This document shows positions 1 to 9,501 of a stretch of DNA of 64,000 nt, one piece after another. This stretch comes from Nitrosopumilus sp. GTDB lineage: Archaea > Thermoproteota > Nitrososphaeria > Nitrososphaerales > Nitrosopumilaceae. The DNA is taken from positions 1,152,001 to 1,216,000 of the forward strand of contig OZ252243.1 in the NCBI GenBank assembly GCA_965249555.1, in the 5' to 3' direction. Within the stretch, counting starts at the first letter, position 1. Each line of letters begins with the position of its first letter. Both the position numbers and the translations under genes were made by a program. Below the pieces are notes generated by a model that worked only from the letters and a program-made list of their open reading frames with translations, ran no database searches and had not been told where the DNA came from.

Positions 1-1022
1 TCTATATTCATATTTAGCACAATTTCTGCTATATCACTAGCATATTCAGAGACTCTTCTAATATTTTCAGTCATTCTTCTAACTCTGTAAATTTCCTCCT
101 CATTTTTTAGTGATTTTGAAACATCTCTAACTTTTTTCTCATATTTGGAAATTTCATTTGTTTTTTCAATGGTTTTTTCTGCTTGTGTGTAATCTTCTTT
201 GAATAATGCCAGACATGAGTCATCCAAGACCGATAAACAAAATTCATTCATATCTTGGAGTTTTTCTAAAATTTCTTTTTTGACTGGCTTTTTGAACTCG
301 AGAAGATCTTTTGCAATAAATGCTGCATGATCCCCTGCCCTCTCTATATTTTTTACAACTAATCTATATCCAAGACAATTTCTAGCATTTCTAAAACCCA
401 TCTCTTTTAACATGTGTTCATTTTGTATTGCTATCTTTAATTGACGAATAATGTAAAATCCAAATCTGTCTACTTCGTCATCAGTATTGATTACTTCTTG
501 AGCCAGATCTAAATTGTTCTCCTTTACTGCTAAAATTGCATCACTAGACATTGATCTAGCCAAGTGAATCATTCTTTTGAATGCTCCATCAACTGATAAT
601 TCTAATAAATTTACAAGAACCTGTACTGTAATTCCTCCACTTGAATCAGAAATAATTTCCGAACCCATTAACATCCGCTTAACTGCTTCTTTTACAGTTT
701 TTCTTTGACTGGGACTTAATCTACCATTTTTTGGTTTAACGTTAATAGTCTTGAATCCTAAAAAATACAGAGAAATTAATTTTCTAACAATTGATGATGC
801 TTCCTCTTCAATGCTAATTTCTATCGTTGCATCTTCTTTTTTTTGTATACGAGATTCAAATTTTGGTGGATAAAGTTCTAATGTCGATGATCCTTTTCTA
901 ACTATTCTAATTTGGTCTCCTTGTTTTAGACCTAGATCCACTACCCATTGTTTTGGTAATGAAACTATGTATGATGATTTTCCTGTAAATTGAATTTTCC
1001 TTGTTTCTCCCCTCTCTTCCAT
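1..1022 (-). CDS. AbrB/PhoU-domain phosphate uptake regulator (3' end runs off window)
   Basis: Hand translation from ATG at 1022: MEERGETRKIQFTGKSSYIVSLPKQW (AbrB-like), followed by PhoU motifs (DDEVDRF, IERAGDHA); not in ORF track because it is partial. Confidence 0.9.
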   Translation of the reverse strand, partial: MEERGETRKIQFTGKSSYIVSLPKQWVVDLGLKQGDQIRIVRKGSSTLELYPPKFESRIQKKEDATIEISIEEEASSIVRKLISLYFLGFKTINVKPKNGRLSPSQRKTVKEAVKRMLMGSEIISDSSGGITVQVLVNLLELSVDGAFKRMIHLARSMSSDAILAVKENNLDLAQEVINTDDEVDRFGFYIIRQLKIAIQNEHMLKEMGFRNARNCLGYRLVVKNIERAGDHAAFIAKDLLEFKKPVKKEILEKLQDMNEFCLSVLDDSCLALFKEDYTQAEKTIEKTNEISKYEKKVRDVSKSLKNEEEIYRVRRMTENIRRVSEYASDIAEIVLNMNI

Positions 1023-1106
1023 GATCTAAAGAGAAAAAACCAGTCTATATAGTTTGAGACTTCTAATATAGTTAAACATTGAACTAATATTTAGAAAATA
1101 TCGCCT

Positions 1107-1586
1107 ATGTGTATGGATCAAATCCTAAAGCTTCAGCATTCACTTGATGCGTTATTTGGTAATGGTGTATCAAAATATTTGCCAAAAGATGTTGAAATTA
1201 CTTTTTCACGAAAAACTGGAAGGATAAGAACTGTTTCACATAAAGGAAGATTACTATGCACTTTGAGAATTGATGGTGGTTTAGCAATTAGCACTTATTT
1301 TGCTCAAATTTTACTGAAAAGTAAAGCATTCCGAGAAAACTGTCTTGAGATAAATAAAGACGCTGCTCCGTTTGTCATGGAAGGAAGATCTGTTTTTTGT
1401 AAACATGTTGTATGGTGTGGAAAAAAAGTACGTATTTCTGCTGATACTCCAGTATTGTTCAAAAATAAAGTTATTGCAGTTGGTAAGGCTATTCTATCCT
1501 GTGAGATGATTTTAGATTTTGATAGAGGCGTAGCCGTTAAGGTCAGAGATAGTTTAAAAAGTCGTAAAGAGGAAATAGAATTATGA
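1107..1586 (+). CDS. PUA-domain protein (archaeosine tRNA-guanine transglycosylase C-terminal-like)
   Basis: SRKTGRIR, GRSVFCKHV and GVAVKVR motifs typical of the ArcTGT C2/PUA region. Confidence 0.8.
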   Translation: MCMDQILKLQHSLDALFGNGVSKYLPKDVEITFSRKTGRIRTVSHKGRLLCTLRIDGGLAISTYFAQILLKSKAFRENCLEINKDAAPFVMEGRSVFCKHVVWCGKKVRISADTPVLFKNKVIAVGKAILSCEMILDFDRGVAVKVRDSLKSRKEEIEL

Positions 1587-1924
1587 TGCGAGGAGGAAAT
1601 CGCGAAATGCGAAGAATGATGGACAAGATGGGTCTTGATATGAGTGAACTCCCAAATGTTCAAGAGGTAATAATAAAGACGGACAAAAAAGAGATTATTA
1701 TTTCCAAACCATCTGTTACTGAAATGAAAACAAAAGATAGTTCTATTTTTACAGTAACTGCAGACAGTTATGAAGAAAGTGAATTAGAGGTTCCAATTTT
1801 CTCAGAAGAAGATATTCAGCTAGTTAGTCAGCAAGCTGGAGTTGATGAAGAAAAAGCTAAAAATGCTTTAGAGGAAGCTAAAGGCGATCTTGCAAGGGCA
1901 ATATTACTTCTAACTTCAGGATAA
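1583..1924 (+). CDS. nac: Nascent polypeptide-associated complex protein
   Basis: MRRMMDKMGL, EVII and C-terminal UBA-like EEDIQLVSQQAGV..GDLARAIL. Confidence 0.95.
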   Translation: MMRGGNREMRRMMDKMGLDMSELPNVQEVIIKTDKKEIIISKPSVTEMKTKDSSIFTVTADSYEESELEVPIFSEEDIQLVSQQAGVDEEKAKNALEEAKGDLARAILLLTSG

Positions 1925-1960
1925 AGTCTGATTTTTTCCATTTTTGTTCCTAAAAACTGG

Positions 1961-2221
1961 TTAAAAATGAATGGTTTGCCAATATGTTTTGAGTCTAAAA
2001 TTATAATAAAAAAAAGTATTAGGGTTTGAATTATTCCCTATAGTCCGTGAACTTTTTTGGCCCATTCTGCAACACTCTGAAATGTTGTTGTTTATCTTGT
2101 ATTTTGGTAATACTTTTGACAAATCAGTATCGACAGCTTGTATAACGATTTTTGTACTATCTACATTGTTTAAAGGACAAGTTGCTATTTCATGTCTACC
2201 ATAAATTCCATATAACGTCAT
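1961..2221 (-). pseudogene. Hypothetical protein, probably degraded
   Basis: MTLYGIYGRHEIATCP N-terminus looks protein-like, but the second half looks out of frame. Confidence 0.4.
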
Positions 2222-2222
2222 A

Positions 2223-3017
2223 CTAAATTTCACCTCCTTTTTCTTTTAATCCTACAGAAATGTTTGTTAGCGGTCTATCTAGTTCATTAGGAATTACGAT
2301 TAACAATCCACTATTTTTTCCTATTTCATCACAGGTTCCACTAAAACTCTTCTTATTTTTAGCATAACAACCATCTGTAGTATAAAACTCAAAATTATTT
2401 TTGAAATCATGAAAATTATTTTGTTGTACTTTAGATGAAACAAAGTAAACATCAAATCCTACATTATCACTATTGATTTTAACACTATAATCATATGAAG
2501 TGTTTTCTTTTGATGTGCATATTGGGATAAATTGAGAATATCCATCTTTAATTTTTAATTCTTGTTCATCCTTGCTATATGATTTGTTCTCAATATCCGG
2601 ATACATGAGAATCACTGAATTTGAAATTAGTTGTTTTCCTTGAAATAATTCTATCTCATTACGAAGCGTATCTATTACTTTTTTATACAATATTGGCTGC
2701 CATATTCTTTGACAATCCCAAGGATTTAGTTCTACATACGATTTGTCTCCAATGTATTGTAATTCATTATAGGTGTGATTATCAACATTCTTCTCAAATT
2801 TTGTTTGAGTAGAGTCTATGTTATACCAGGCGTTTGTTATCTCAAAAAGTATGTTCTTTTGATAAACATCCCATTCAGGTTGTAAATGTACATACACTTC
2901 ATACTTGTTTACTACCTGTTCTGGAGCAGAGACAAACAGAGAATGACCATAAAATGCATTAGTTAGAATTAACAAAAAAGCCACAGCTGGTAAAATTCCA
3001 AAATAGATTTTTTTCAT
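2223..3017 (-). CDS. Exported hypothetical protein
   Basis: 264-aa ORF with N-terminal signal/anchor and Cys-containing C-terminal domain. Confidence 0.7.
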   Translation of the reverse strand: MKKIYFGILPAVAFLLILTNAFYGHSLFVSAPEQVVNKYEVYVHLQPEWDVYQKNILFEITNAWYNIDSTQTKFEKNVDNHTYNELQYIGDKSYVELNPWDCQRIWQPILYKKVIDTLRNEIELFQGKQLISNSVILMYPDIENKSYSKDEQELKIKDGYSQFIPICTSKENTSYDYSVKINSDNVGFDVYFVSSKVQQNNFHDFKNNFEFYTTDGCYAKNKKSFSGTCDEIGKNSGLLIVIPNELDRPLTNISVGLKEKGGEI

Positions 3018-3136
3018 TTATTTTCCTCCAAAACAACAAAATAATAATCCACAATATTTTCAGGAAAATTTTTCATCTTTGCATTCAATTTTATCTGAAC
3101 TGCACTTTGGACACTCTCTACTATTAATCATTGTTG

Positions 3137-3611
3137 TCATTTCCTTGTCTCCAAAAGTGGTTTTGATAGAATTCCAATAATTACACCAAATACAATATGT
3201 CTGGACATGGTCATTGCTGGAACTTCTGGAGCAATATTTACTCCTGTAATACCTGCACCTAATGCAGGCAACATTCCAAACCATACAGTAGTAGCTGTTA
3301 CAATTACTCCAAAGATTATTCTATGAAGCCATACTCTACCTTTCATTATTTTATTTGAAATTGGGAAGAAAACATAACCAAAGAATAACGTCAAGCCTAT
3401 ACCATTAGCTATATGGAAAAGATTTCCAATGATATGAGCTGATTCGTGTTCTCAATAACTAACATTCCTAGTACAGCTGAAATGTCAAGTGGTACCCACC
3501 CGTAATTGCCATATCAACATATGCTGCTATGTAAAACCCAAGAGTTGCTACTAGTCCAGCAATCACTAGACTAGAAAATTTATGATTCTTGTATGCTTGT
3601 GTTACATTCAT
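3137..3611 (-). pseudogene. Frameshifted multi-TM membrane protein
   Basis: ATG at 3611 gives MNVTQAYKNHKFSSLVIAGLVATLGFY, which stops early; hydrophobic coding continues in other frames into the 3137-3394 ORF. Confidence 0.65.
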
Positions 3612-3810
3612 GATAATCTATAAGTAAAATTGATAATATTGACCGCGGAAATGAAATCAATCTAAAATTTCTGATTTGGTAGTGATTTTAGCCTAAATCC
3701 AGCTCAAAAATATTCAAAATTTCCAAATTGGAAATCATGATTCTTTTACCAAATTTAGGTATGATCCATGCCTACCAAATGAATGATTTAAGTAATGGAA
3801 TTGTTGAATT

Positions 3811-4155
3811 TTGGGTATAATGAGCAGTATGGCTGAATCTAAAGTTACTGGAATAATCAAGTCTTTGAACGCATTAGAAGATGATCTAGATTCCCTAAAC
3901 GGCAAAGTAGCTGATATGAAAAAACAACTTGCTGTAAAGACTCAAACTGAAATTGATGTATTATTAGAAAAAACTCAAGAAATAGCCACAAAAGAGGCTG
4001 AAGTAATCATTAATGCATCAAAAGAAAAGGCAACCACAGAATCTGCCAAAATTACTCAAGAAGGTGAGGCCAAATTATCTGAAATCCAGTCAAAAATTGA
4101 TGCTAATTTTGATGAAGCAGTAAAACATGTCGTGTCAACTGTTTTGAAAGCATAA
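3811..4155 (+). CDS. Coiled-coil protein resembling A/V-type ATPase subunit G/H
   Basis: Long charged helix ending ANFDEAVKHVVSTVL. Confidence 0.55.
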   Translation: MGIMSSMAESKVTGIIKSLNALEDDLDSLNGKVADMKKQLAVKTQTEIDVLLEKTQEIATKEAEVIINASKEKATTESAKITQEGEAKLSEIQSKIDANFDEAVKHVVSTVLKA

Positions 4156-4197
4156 ATCTAAATCATATATTACATCTAGTCAAATATCGATCCTTTA

Positions 4198-4836
4198 CTG
4201 AACGCTCGTATTGGAATTGCAACTACTTATGGTAAACCATACTATAGATTCTCAACCTATCTTAAAATTCTCAACCTATCTTTTGATTCTATACTTCCTG
4301 AAGAAATTCTAGATTATTCTGGGCATCTAATTTTTACTACCAAAAAAGAGTCCCCAAAAAACTGTGAAAAACTCTTACTTCATGAAGATATCTTTGAGCA
4401 TCATCCTACTGTAATTAGAGGTATAATGATGCAAAGACTCAATCCAGATTTTGAAGAAGATCTAATCTTAGGAATTGATCCAGGACAAAGAATTGGTTTG
4501 TCGATATTTTACTATGGAAAAGAAATTGAGAGCTCATTTTATTCTTCAGTTGAAAAATTGGTTTTTCATATCATTCAAGTTTTAGGTGGTCTTAGAGCAA
4601 AACGAAAAATTATAAAAATTGGAAATGGAAATATGAAAATTGCAAAACAAATTGTAACTGTACTTAATCTAAATTTTTGTTCATCTTTTGAATTAGAATT
4701 TGTTGATGAACAAAAAACTAGTCTAAAAATTAAAAATTTCAATCAAAGAGGAAAACGAGACATGCTTTCTGCAAAGTACATCTCACAACGAGAAGGATAT
4801 AGACACTTTATTCTTCCTTTATCAATGACAGGTTAA
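4198..4836 (+). CDS. RNase H-fold (YqgF/RuvX-like) hypothetical protein, probable CTG start
   Basis: ILGIDPG and FVDE motifs; frame is open for 76 codons upstream of ATG 4426 to CTG 4198. Confidence 0.65.
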   Translation: MNARIGIATTYGKPYYRFSTYLKILNLSFDSILPEEILDYSGHLIFTTKKESPKNCEKLLLHEDIFEHHPTVIRGIMMQRLNPDFEEDLILGIDPGQRIGLSIFYYGKEIESSFYSSVEKLVFHIIQVLGGLRAKRKIIKIGNGNMKIAKQIVTVLNLNFCSSFELEFVDEQKTSLKIKNFNQRGKRDMLSAKYISQREGYRHFILPLSMTG

Positions 4837-5194
4837 ATCAAAAATTCCTTTTCAAAAATTTTAACAATTTTTGAAAATTATGTGAGTTTGCCACTTTTTA
4901 CTCTCATTTTCCTTGTACAATGATAAAAATATGTGGATATAATGAATTTTTTTTGTTTTTTTTGGAAAAAAAATGAAATTTTTAGCTAAACAACTATATT
5001 ACTACATATTATTTTTTCAAAAAATAAAGTATTCTAAAAAACTATACATATTTATTGATGATTTCTTCGTTTTTTTTGAAACTAATAACTTTGATCGCAA
5101 AATAATTTATAATATTTTCATCTTTTTCTGATTTTATTATAGATTTTATCGATCTATTCTTATATAGTTGTGAATTCTATAATAAAATACCAAG

Positions 5195-5653
5195 ATGACA
5201 TGTAAAGGAATTTGTGTTAGATACAAGGCTCAAAAGCCTGTTGGAACCGGAAGATATGCTTCTGGACAACGTCGATGCCAAATTTGTGAAATTTTCATCA
5301 AATGGGAAGGACTTTGGTGTCCATGTTGTGGATATAGATTAAGAACTAAACCACGTAATCTAAAATACAAAGCAAAATTGCGTGCTAGAGTTGAAGCTGA
5401 TTCTATTGAAGCTAAAGCAGCAGCAGATAGTAAATCACAAGAGATTGAAGTTGATGTAGCAGTAAAAGCTAAATCAAAATCAAAATCTAAAACTGTTAAA
5501 GCAATAAAATCAAAAGCAACAAAAAAGGAAAAAACTCCTTGCATACACTGTGAAAAATTGTTTGTTTATGCAGACAAACACGAAAAGAATTGCAAGAAAA
5601 ATCCAAGTATCAAAACTTCCCAAGAAAGTGAATCAATAGCAATAAAAGCATAA
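5195..5653 (+). CDS. Zn-finger protein with Lys/Ala-rich linker and second Cys/His motif
   Basis: CKGIC, CQIC, CPCC; KAKSKSKSK tract; CIHC..H...C. Confidence 0.75.
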   Translation: MTCKGICVRYKAQKPVGTGRYASGQRRCQICEIFIKWEGLWCPCCGYRLRTKPRNLKYKAKLRARVEADSIEAKAAADSKSQEIEVDVAVKAKSKSKSKTVKAIKSKATKKEKTPCIHCEKLFVYADKHEKNCKKNPSIKTSQESESIAIKA

Positions 5654-5670
5654 GATTTGTTCATAGCTTA

Positions 5671-6012
5671 TTGAACTCTCCAAGTGGATTTTCCCAGAAA
5701 ATGGTAAATTTGGAGAGCCGTACTTTTTTTTTACAAATTCAAAAATTTGAGAATGGATATTTTGTTTCTGTCTCAGAGGGTATCAACAAAATAGGTTCTA
5801 TGGTTGTTTCTTTAGCAACTGGGCCTACTCCAATTACGACAACTGTAATTCCATCTAGGAATGAATCTCTTTTTCTAAAACTTGTTGCTGAACAAATTAG
5901 CACTAGGATGAGAGGTATTGCTTTAGTTTCTGCGTTTATTCAAAAAGAACTAGAACCTAATACTGCAAAAGCCTTAATGTTTGAGATAATGGAAATGGTA
6001 GATAATGACTGA
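5671..6012 (+). CDS. Hypothetical protein (proteasome assembly chaperone 4-like)
   Basis: 113-aa ORF overlapping the next gene's start; family assignment is from recall. Confidence 0.55.
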   Translation: MNSPSGFSQKMVNLESRTFFLQIQKFENGYFVSVSEGINKIGSMVVSLATGPTPITTTVIPSRNESLFLKLVAEQISTRMRGIALVSAFIQKELEPNTAKALMFEIMEMVDND

Positions 6013-7336
6013 TTTAAGAAATTATATTTCTCTAATAAAAAAGAGTAAAGATCTCAAAATTATAAAAACAAAAGTTTCGACAAAATTTGAAATTGCAGGA
6101 ATTACTGCAAAAATTGACGGTTCACATGCAATTTTATTTGAAAATATCAAAGAAAGCAATTTTAGTTTAGTTGCTAATTTAGTTGGCACTCGAAAAAGAT
6201 TTGCTCTGGCAGTTGGAGGTACAGAAAATAATATTCATGAAAAAGTCATTTCAGCAATTAAAAAAGCTAAACAACCAAAAATTATTCCTTCAGGAAAATT
6301 CATGGAAAACAAGTCAAAAAATCTCTTTTCCATGCCTATTGTAACTCATTTTGAAAAGGAATCTGGTCCATTTATCACGTCTTCTATTGTTTATGCTAAG
6401 AATCCTGAAACTGGAAAACAAAATTCTTCCTTTCATAGATTAATGCCAATTGATAAAACTCATTTTTCCATGAGAATGGTAGAAGGACGTCATCTTCATC
6501 GATGTTTTATTGATGCAAAAGAACATGGTGAAGATCTAAAAATTGCAATTACTGTAGGTGTTCATCCTGCAATTTCTATCGCAGGTGCATATCAAGCTGA
6601 ATGGGGAAAAGATGAAATTGATATTGCAAATTCTCTTTTGGGCGGAAAATTAACTTTGGCAAAACTTCCTTCTACAGGACTGAATGTACCATCAGGTGCT
6701 GAAATTGTAATGGAAGGAAAAATTCTTCGTGATAAAACTCATCGTGAATGGATGGTTGAAATGCTTCAAACATATGATCATAAAAGATCTCAACCCGTTT
6801 TTGAACTTGAAAATCTATATTTTAGAAATAATCCAATTTTCCATGATGTTCTATCTGGTTATTCAGAGCATAGATTACTAATGGGAATGCCAATTGAATC
6901 CAAGTTAAATGGAGAATTAAAGAAAACTTATTCTCAAACACAACAAGTTTCAATGACTAATGGCGGATGCAATTGGTTACATGCTGTTGTACAAATTAAA
7001 AAGAAAAGTGAATCTGATCCTAAAAAAATAATTAAAAAAACATTTGCCTCTCATCGCTCTCTAAAACAAGTAACTATAGTTGATGAGGATATTGATCCTA
7101 ATAGTGCTGAATCAGTAGAATATGCTATGGCTACAAGATTCCAAGCGGATAAAGATTTGATTATAATCAAAAATGTTCGTGGTTCTAGTCTTGATCCTTC
7201 TAGTAATCAACAGAAATTACAAACTGCAAAACTGGGTATTGATGCAACCAGATCTCTTTCAAAACGTCCAGAAGGATTTGAAATAGCAAAAATTCCAAAA
7301 ATCGACAAAATCAAACTAGAGAAATATTTCAAATAA
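6005..7336 (+). CDS. UbiD-family prFMN-dependent decarboxylase (candidate anhydromevalonate-phosphate decarboxylase)
   Basis: SFHRL, AEIVMEG, VDEDID, SSLDPS and KLGIDAT motifs. Confidence 0.9.
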   Translation: MTDLRNYISLIKKSKDLKIIKTKVSTKFEIAGITAKIDGSHAILFENIKESNFSLVANLVGTRKRFALAVGGTENNIHEKVISAIKKAKQPKIIPSGKFMENKSKNLFSMPIVTHFEKESGPFITSSIVYAKNPETGKQNSSFHRLMPIDKTHFSMRMVEGRHLHRCFIDAKEHGEDLKIAITVGVHPAISIAGAYQAEWGKDEIDIANSLLGGKLTLAKLPSTGLNVPSGAEIVMEGKILRDKTHREWMVEMLQTYDHKRSQPVFELENLYFRNNPIFHDVLSGYSEHRLLMGMPIESKLNGELKKTYSQTQQVSMTNGGCNWLHAVVQIKKKSESDPKKIIKKTFASHRSLKQVTIVDEDIDPNSAESVEYAMATRFQADKDLIIIKNVRGSSLDPSSNQQKLQTAKLGIDATRSLSKRPEGFEIAKIPKIDKIKLEKYFK

Positions 7337-7394
7337 TCAAAGTCAACTGATTAAATTAAATTGGATGAATTAAGAAACTATTGAGAGATTAAAA

Positions 7395-7883
7395 ATGTCA
7401 TCTGAGAATTCCAACATTCGTGAAAAAAGTCCTTCTGAATCACATGCAGAAGTTATTGTTAGGATGTTTCCTACAGATGCAAATCCGGCAGGAAATGTGT
7501 TTGGTGGTGAAATTTTAAAACATATTGATATGGTTGCAGGAATTGTAGCTCAACGACATTCTCAGTCAAATGCAGTCACTGTATCTATGGATAGTGTTAA
7601 TTTTCTAAAACCCATTTTTGTCGGGAATGTTCTCAAACTGAATGCCAGAATAAATTATGTACACAACTCGTCAATGGAGATTGAAGTTAAAGCTGAAGCC
7701 GAAGATATTGTCACTGGAATAAGAACCATTACTGGAAATGCTTTTGTTACATTTGTGGCTCTTGACAAAAATGGAAAACCAATGCATGTTCCAAGACTAG
7801 CTCTTAAAACAGATGAAGATAGAACCAAGTTTGAAGAAGGTAAAATTAGGATGGAAAAACGATTAAAAAATCGTCAAAAATAA
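7395..7883 (+). CDS. Acyl-CoA thioesterase (hotdog fold)
   Basis: PTDANPAGNVFGGEILKHID motif. Confidence 0.9.
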   Translation: MSSENSNIREKSPSESHAEVIVRMFPTDANPAGNVFGGEILKHIDMVAGIVAQRHSQSNAVTVSMDSVNFLKPIFVGNVLKLNARINYVHNSSMEIEVKAEAEDIVTGIRTITGNAFVTFVALDKNGKPMHVPRLALKTDEDRTKFEEGKIRMEKRLKNRQK

Positions 7884-7937
7884 CCATTTCTGATTTTCAT
7901 GGATCCCTTTAAGAATAATGAAAATTGTCTCTAATTA

Positions 7938-8351
7938 ATGTCTGAACAAGAAAAAAACAACGAATGGGATTCATTATGGCAAGAATATACAAAATCTCTT
8001 GAAGGCTGGAAATCACTTTTTGAGCAAATGCAAAATGCAAGTAATGACATGCAAGCTAAATTCAATCAAGTCTGGGAAAAAGCAACTACTGAATCTAGTG
8101 CCGACACCATGAAATCATTTGGAGAGAATTGGCAAAAAGCAATGACTGATGCAGGAATGAAGTACTTCCAAGAATTTGGAGAGAATTGGCAAAAAGCTCT
8201 CAATGATTCTAATGCTTCTGTTTTCAAACAATTTGCTGAAAATTGGCAAAATACTCTAAGTTCATCTGGATTAGAACAAATGCAAGCTTATGGCGAAACG
8301 ATGAAAAAATTTGCTGAAACTTGGAATTCTATGTGGCCAAGATCACAATAA
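7938..8351 (+). CDS. Trp/Gln-rich amphipathic repeat protein (phasin/PhaE-like candidate)
   Basis: Repeated F[GA]E[NT]W units; all-helical composition. Confidence 0.6.
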   Translation: MSEQEKNNEWDSLWQEYTKSLEGWKSLFEQMQNASNDMQAKFNQVWEKATTESSADTMKSFGENWQKAMTDAGMKYFQEFGENWQKALNDSNASVFKQFAENWQNTLSSSGLEQMQAYGETMKKFAETWNSMWPRSQ

Positions 8352-8358
8352 ATTATTT

Positions 8359-9036
8359 TCAAGTTGTTAATTCTTTAATTTTCTTTCTTGACTCTTCAAC
8401 TAATCGTCTCATAACTTGAATGTAAATTTCAGATGCATATGCAATTTCAATATCTTCACATTCTTCAAAATCTAGAAATGTAGATGCAATTACTTGGGTT
8501 TTTCCTACTTTAGGCTCGTTATTTTTATCTCTTTTACGATTTATGATTTCTAAAAATATTGGTAATTGTCTATTGATTTCAATACTCAACTCTTCTTTTG
8601 AGCGTAATTTTTCATTACTCAAATCAACTTTAATCTGTTGATAGATATCATCTTTGTATCTATCTGATGCTCTGATCATGATTTTAATTTTAGGTAGTTT
8701 TTCAAATTTATTTTTAAATTGACAAATTTTTTTTATAAAATTTGGATATGGACTTTCATGTTCTTGATTGTATTGTATTGAATACCATTCTGAAAATTTT
8801 ATTGCATTTTGATCATTTTTCATTTTTGCTTTTTTATCAAAGTTTTTTTGTGAAATCTTTTCTGAAATAAATAATCCAAAATCCCTGTCTCCTTCTTCAA
8901 AAATTCCATTAAATGTATCATTTACAGAATTTATGTATTTATTAAAAAAATAATTCACATAGTAAGGCTCAGGCTCATATTGTTTAATCTGTTTTAGATA
9001 TATCTCACAATTTTCTATTGTTTTTTCAATGTCCAT
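8359..9036 (-). CDS. Hypothetical protein
   Basis: 225-aa ORF coupled to the upstream gene (1-nt overlap). Confidence 0.7.
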   Translation of the reverse strand: MDIEKTIENCEIYLKQIKQYEPEPYYVNYFFNKYINSVNDTFNGIFEEGDRDFGLFISEKISQKNFDKKAKMKNDQNAIKFSEWYSIQYNQEHESPYPNFIKKICQFKNKFEKLPKIKIMIRASDRYKDDIYQQIKVDLSNEKLRSKEELSIEINRQLPIFLEIINRKRDKNNEPKVGKTQVIASTFLDFEECEDIEIAYASEIYIQVMRRLVEESRKKIKELTT

Positions 9037-9416
9037 TAGTCTTTGCCAGATTCAGAAGTAGCATATTTTGATTGTGCTTTCAAACTTGTTGCTAATTCTT
9101 TGAAAATTTCATTTACACTGACATCAACTAGATTAATGGTAGCGTTTTCTTTTACAATCTGTTTTTCAAATTTTTCTTTAATTGCAAAAGACACTGATGA
9201 CCAATGTAGAGTTCCTTTCAATTGTTCTTCAACTGTGATATTTGTTGTTGGAAAATTTGCTGGTGCAAATACAATTCCGTTTGTCCACTGCATTGTGGGA
9301 ATTCCACCACCTGAGGATCTTGTGCTAAATGCTATCTGTTTGACCCAATCATCAAATTTGTATTCAATTACCTCATGAATAATCAATTTTTTCCATGGTT
9401 CTACTGAGATTTCCAT
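9036..9416 (-). CDS. Conserved archaeal hypothetical protein
   Basis: PWKKLIIHEV..QWTNGIVF pattern. Confidence 0.75.
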   Translation of the reverse strand: MEISVEPWKKLIIHEVIEYKFDDWVKQIAFSTRSSGGGIPTMQWTNGIVFAPANFPTTNITVEEQLKGTLHWSSVSFAIKEKFEKQIVKENATINLVDVSVNEIFKELATSLKAQSKYATSESGKD

Positions 9417-9501
9417 TTAATCATAGTACTCTTAAACCAATTATAATCTTATTTTTTAGCTCTTGCGTGCTTATTTATTGGAATATATTCACCATTTTTT
9501 A

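Noticed and set aside
3670-3782. Short palindromes (ATTTCCAAATTGGAAAT; repeated ACCAAAT/ATTTGGT) as operator sites
   Set aside because: Short and AT-rich; cannot be separated from chance without comparative data
4837-5194. Very AT-rich intergenic region as a possible replication origin
   Set aside because: No ORB-like repeats and no adjacent cdc6/orc1 gene
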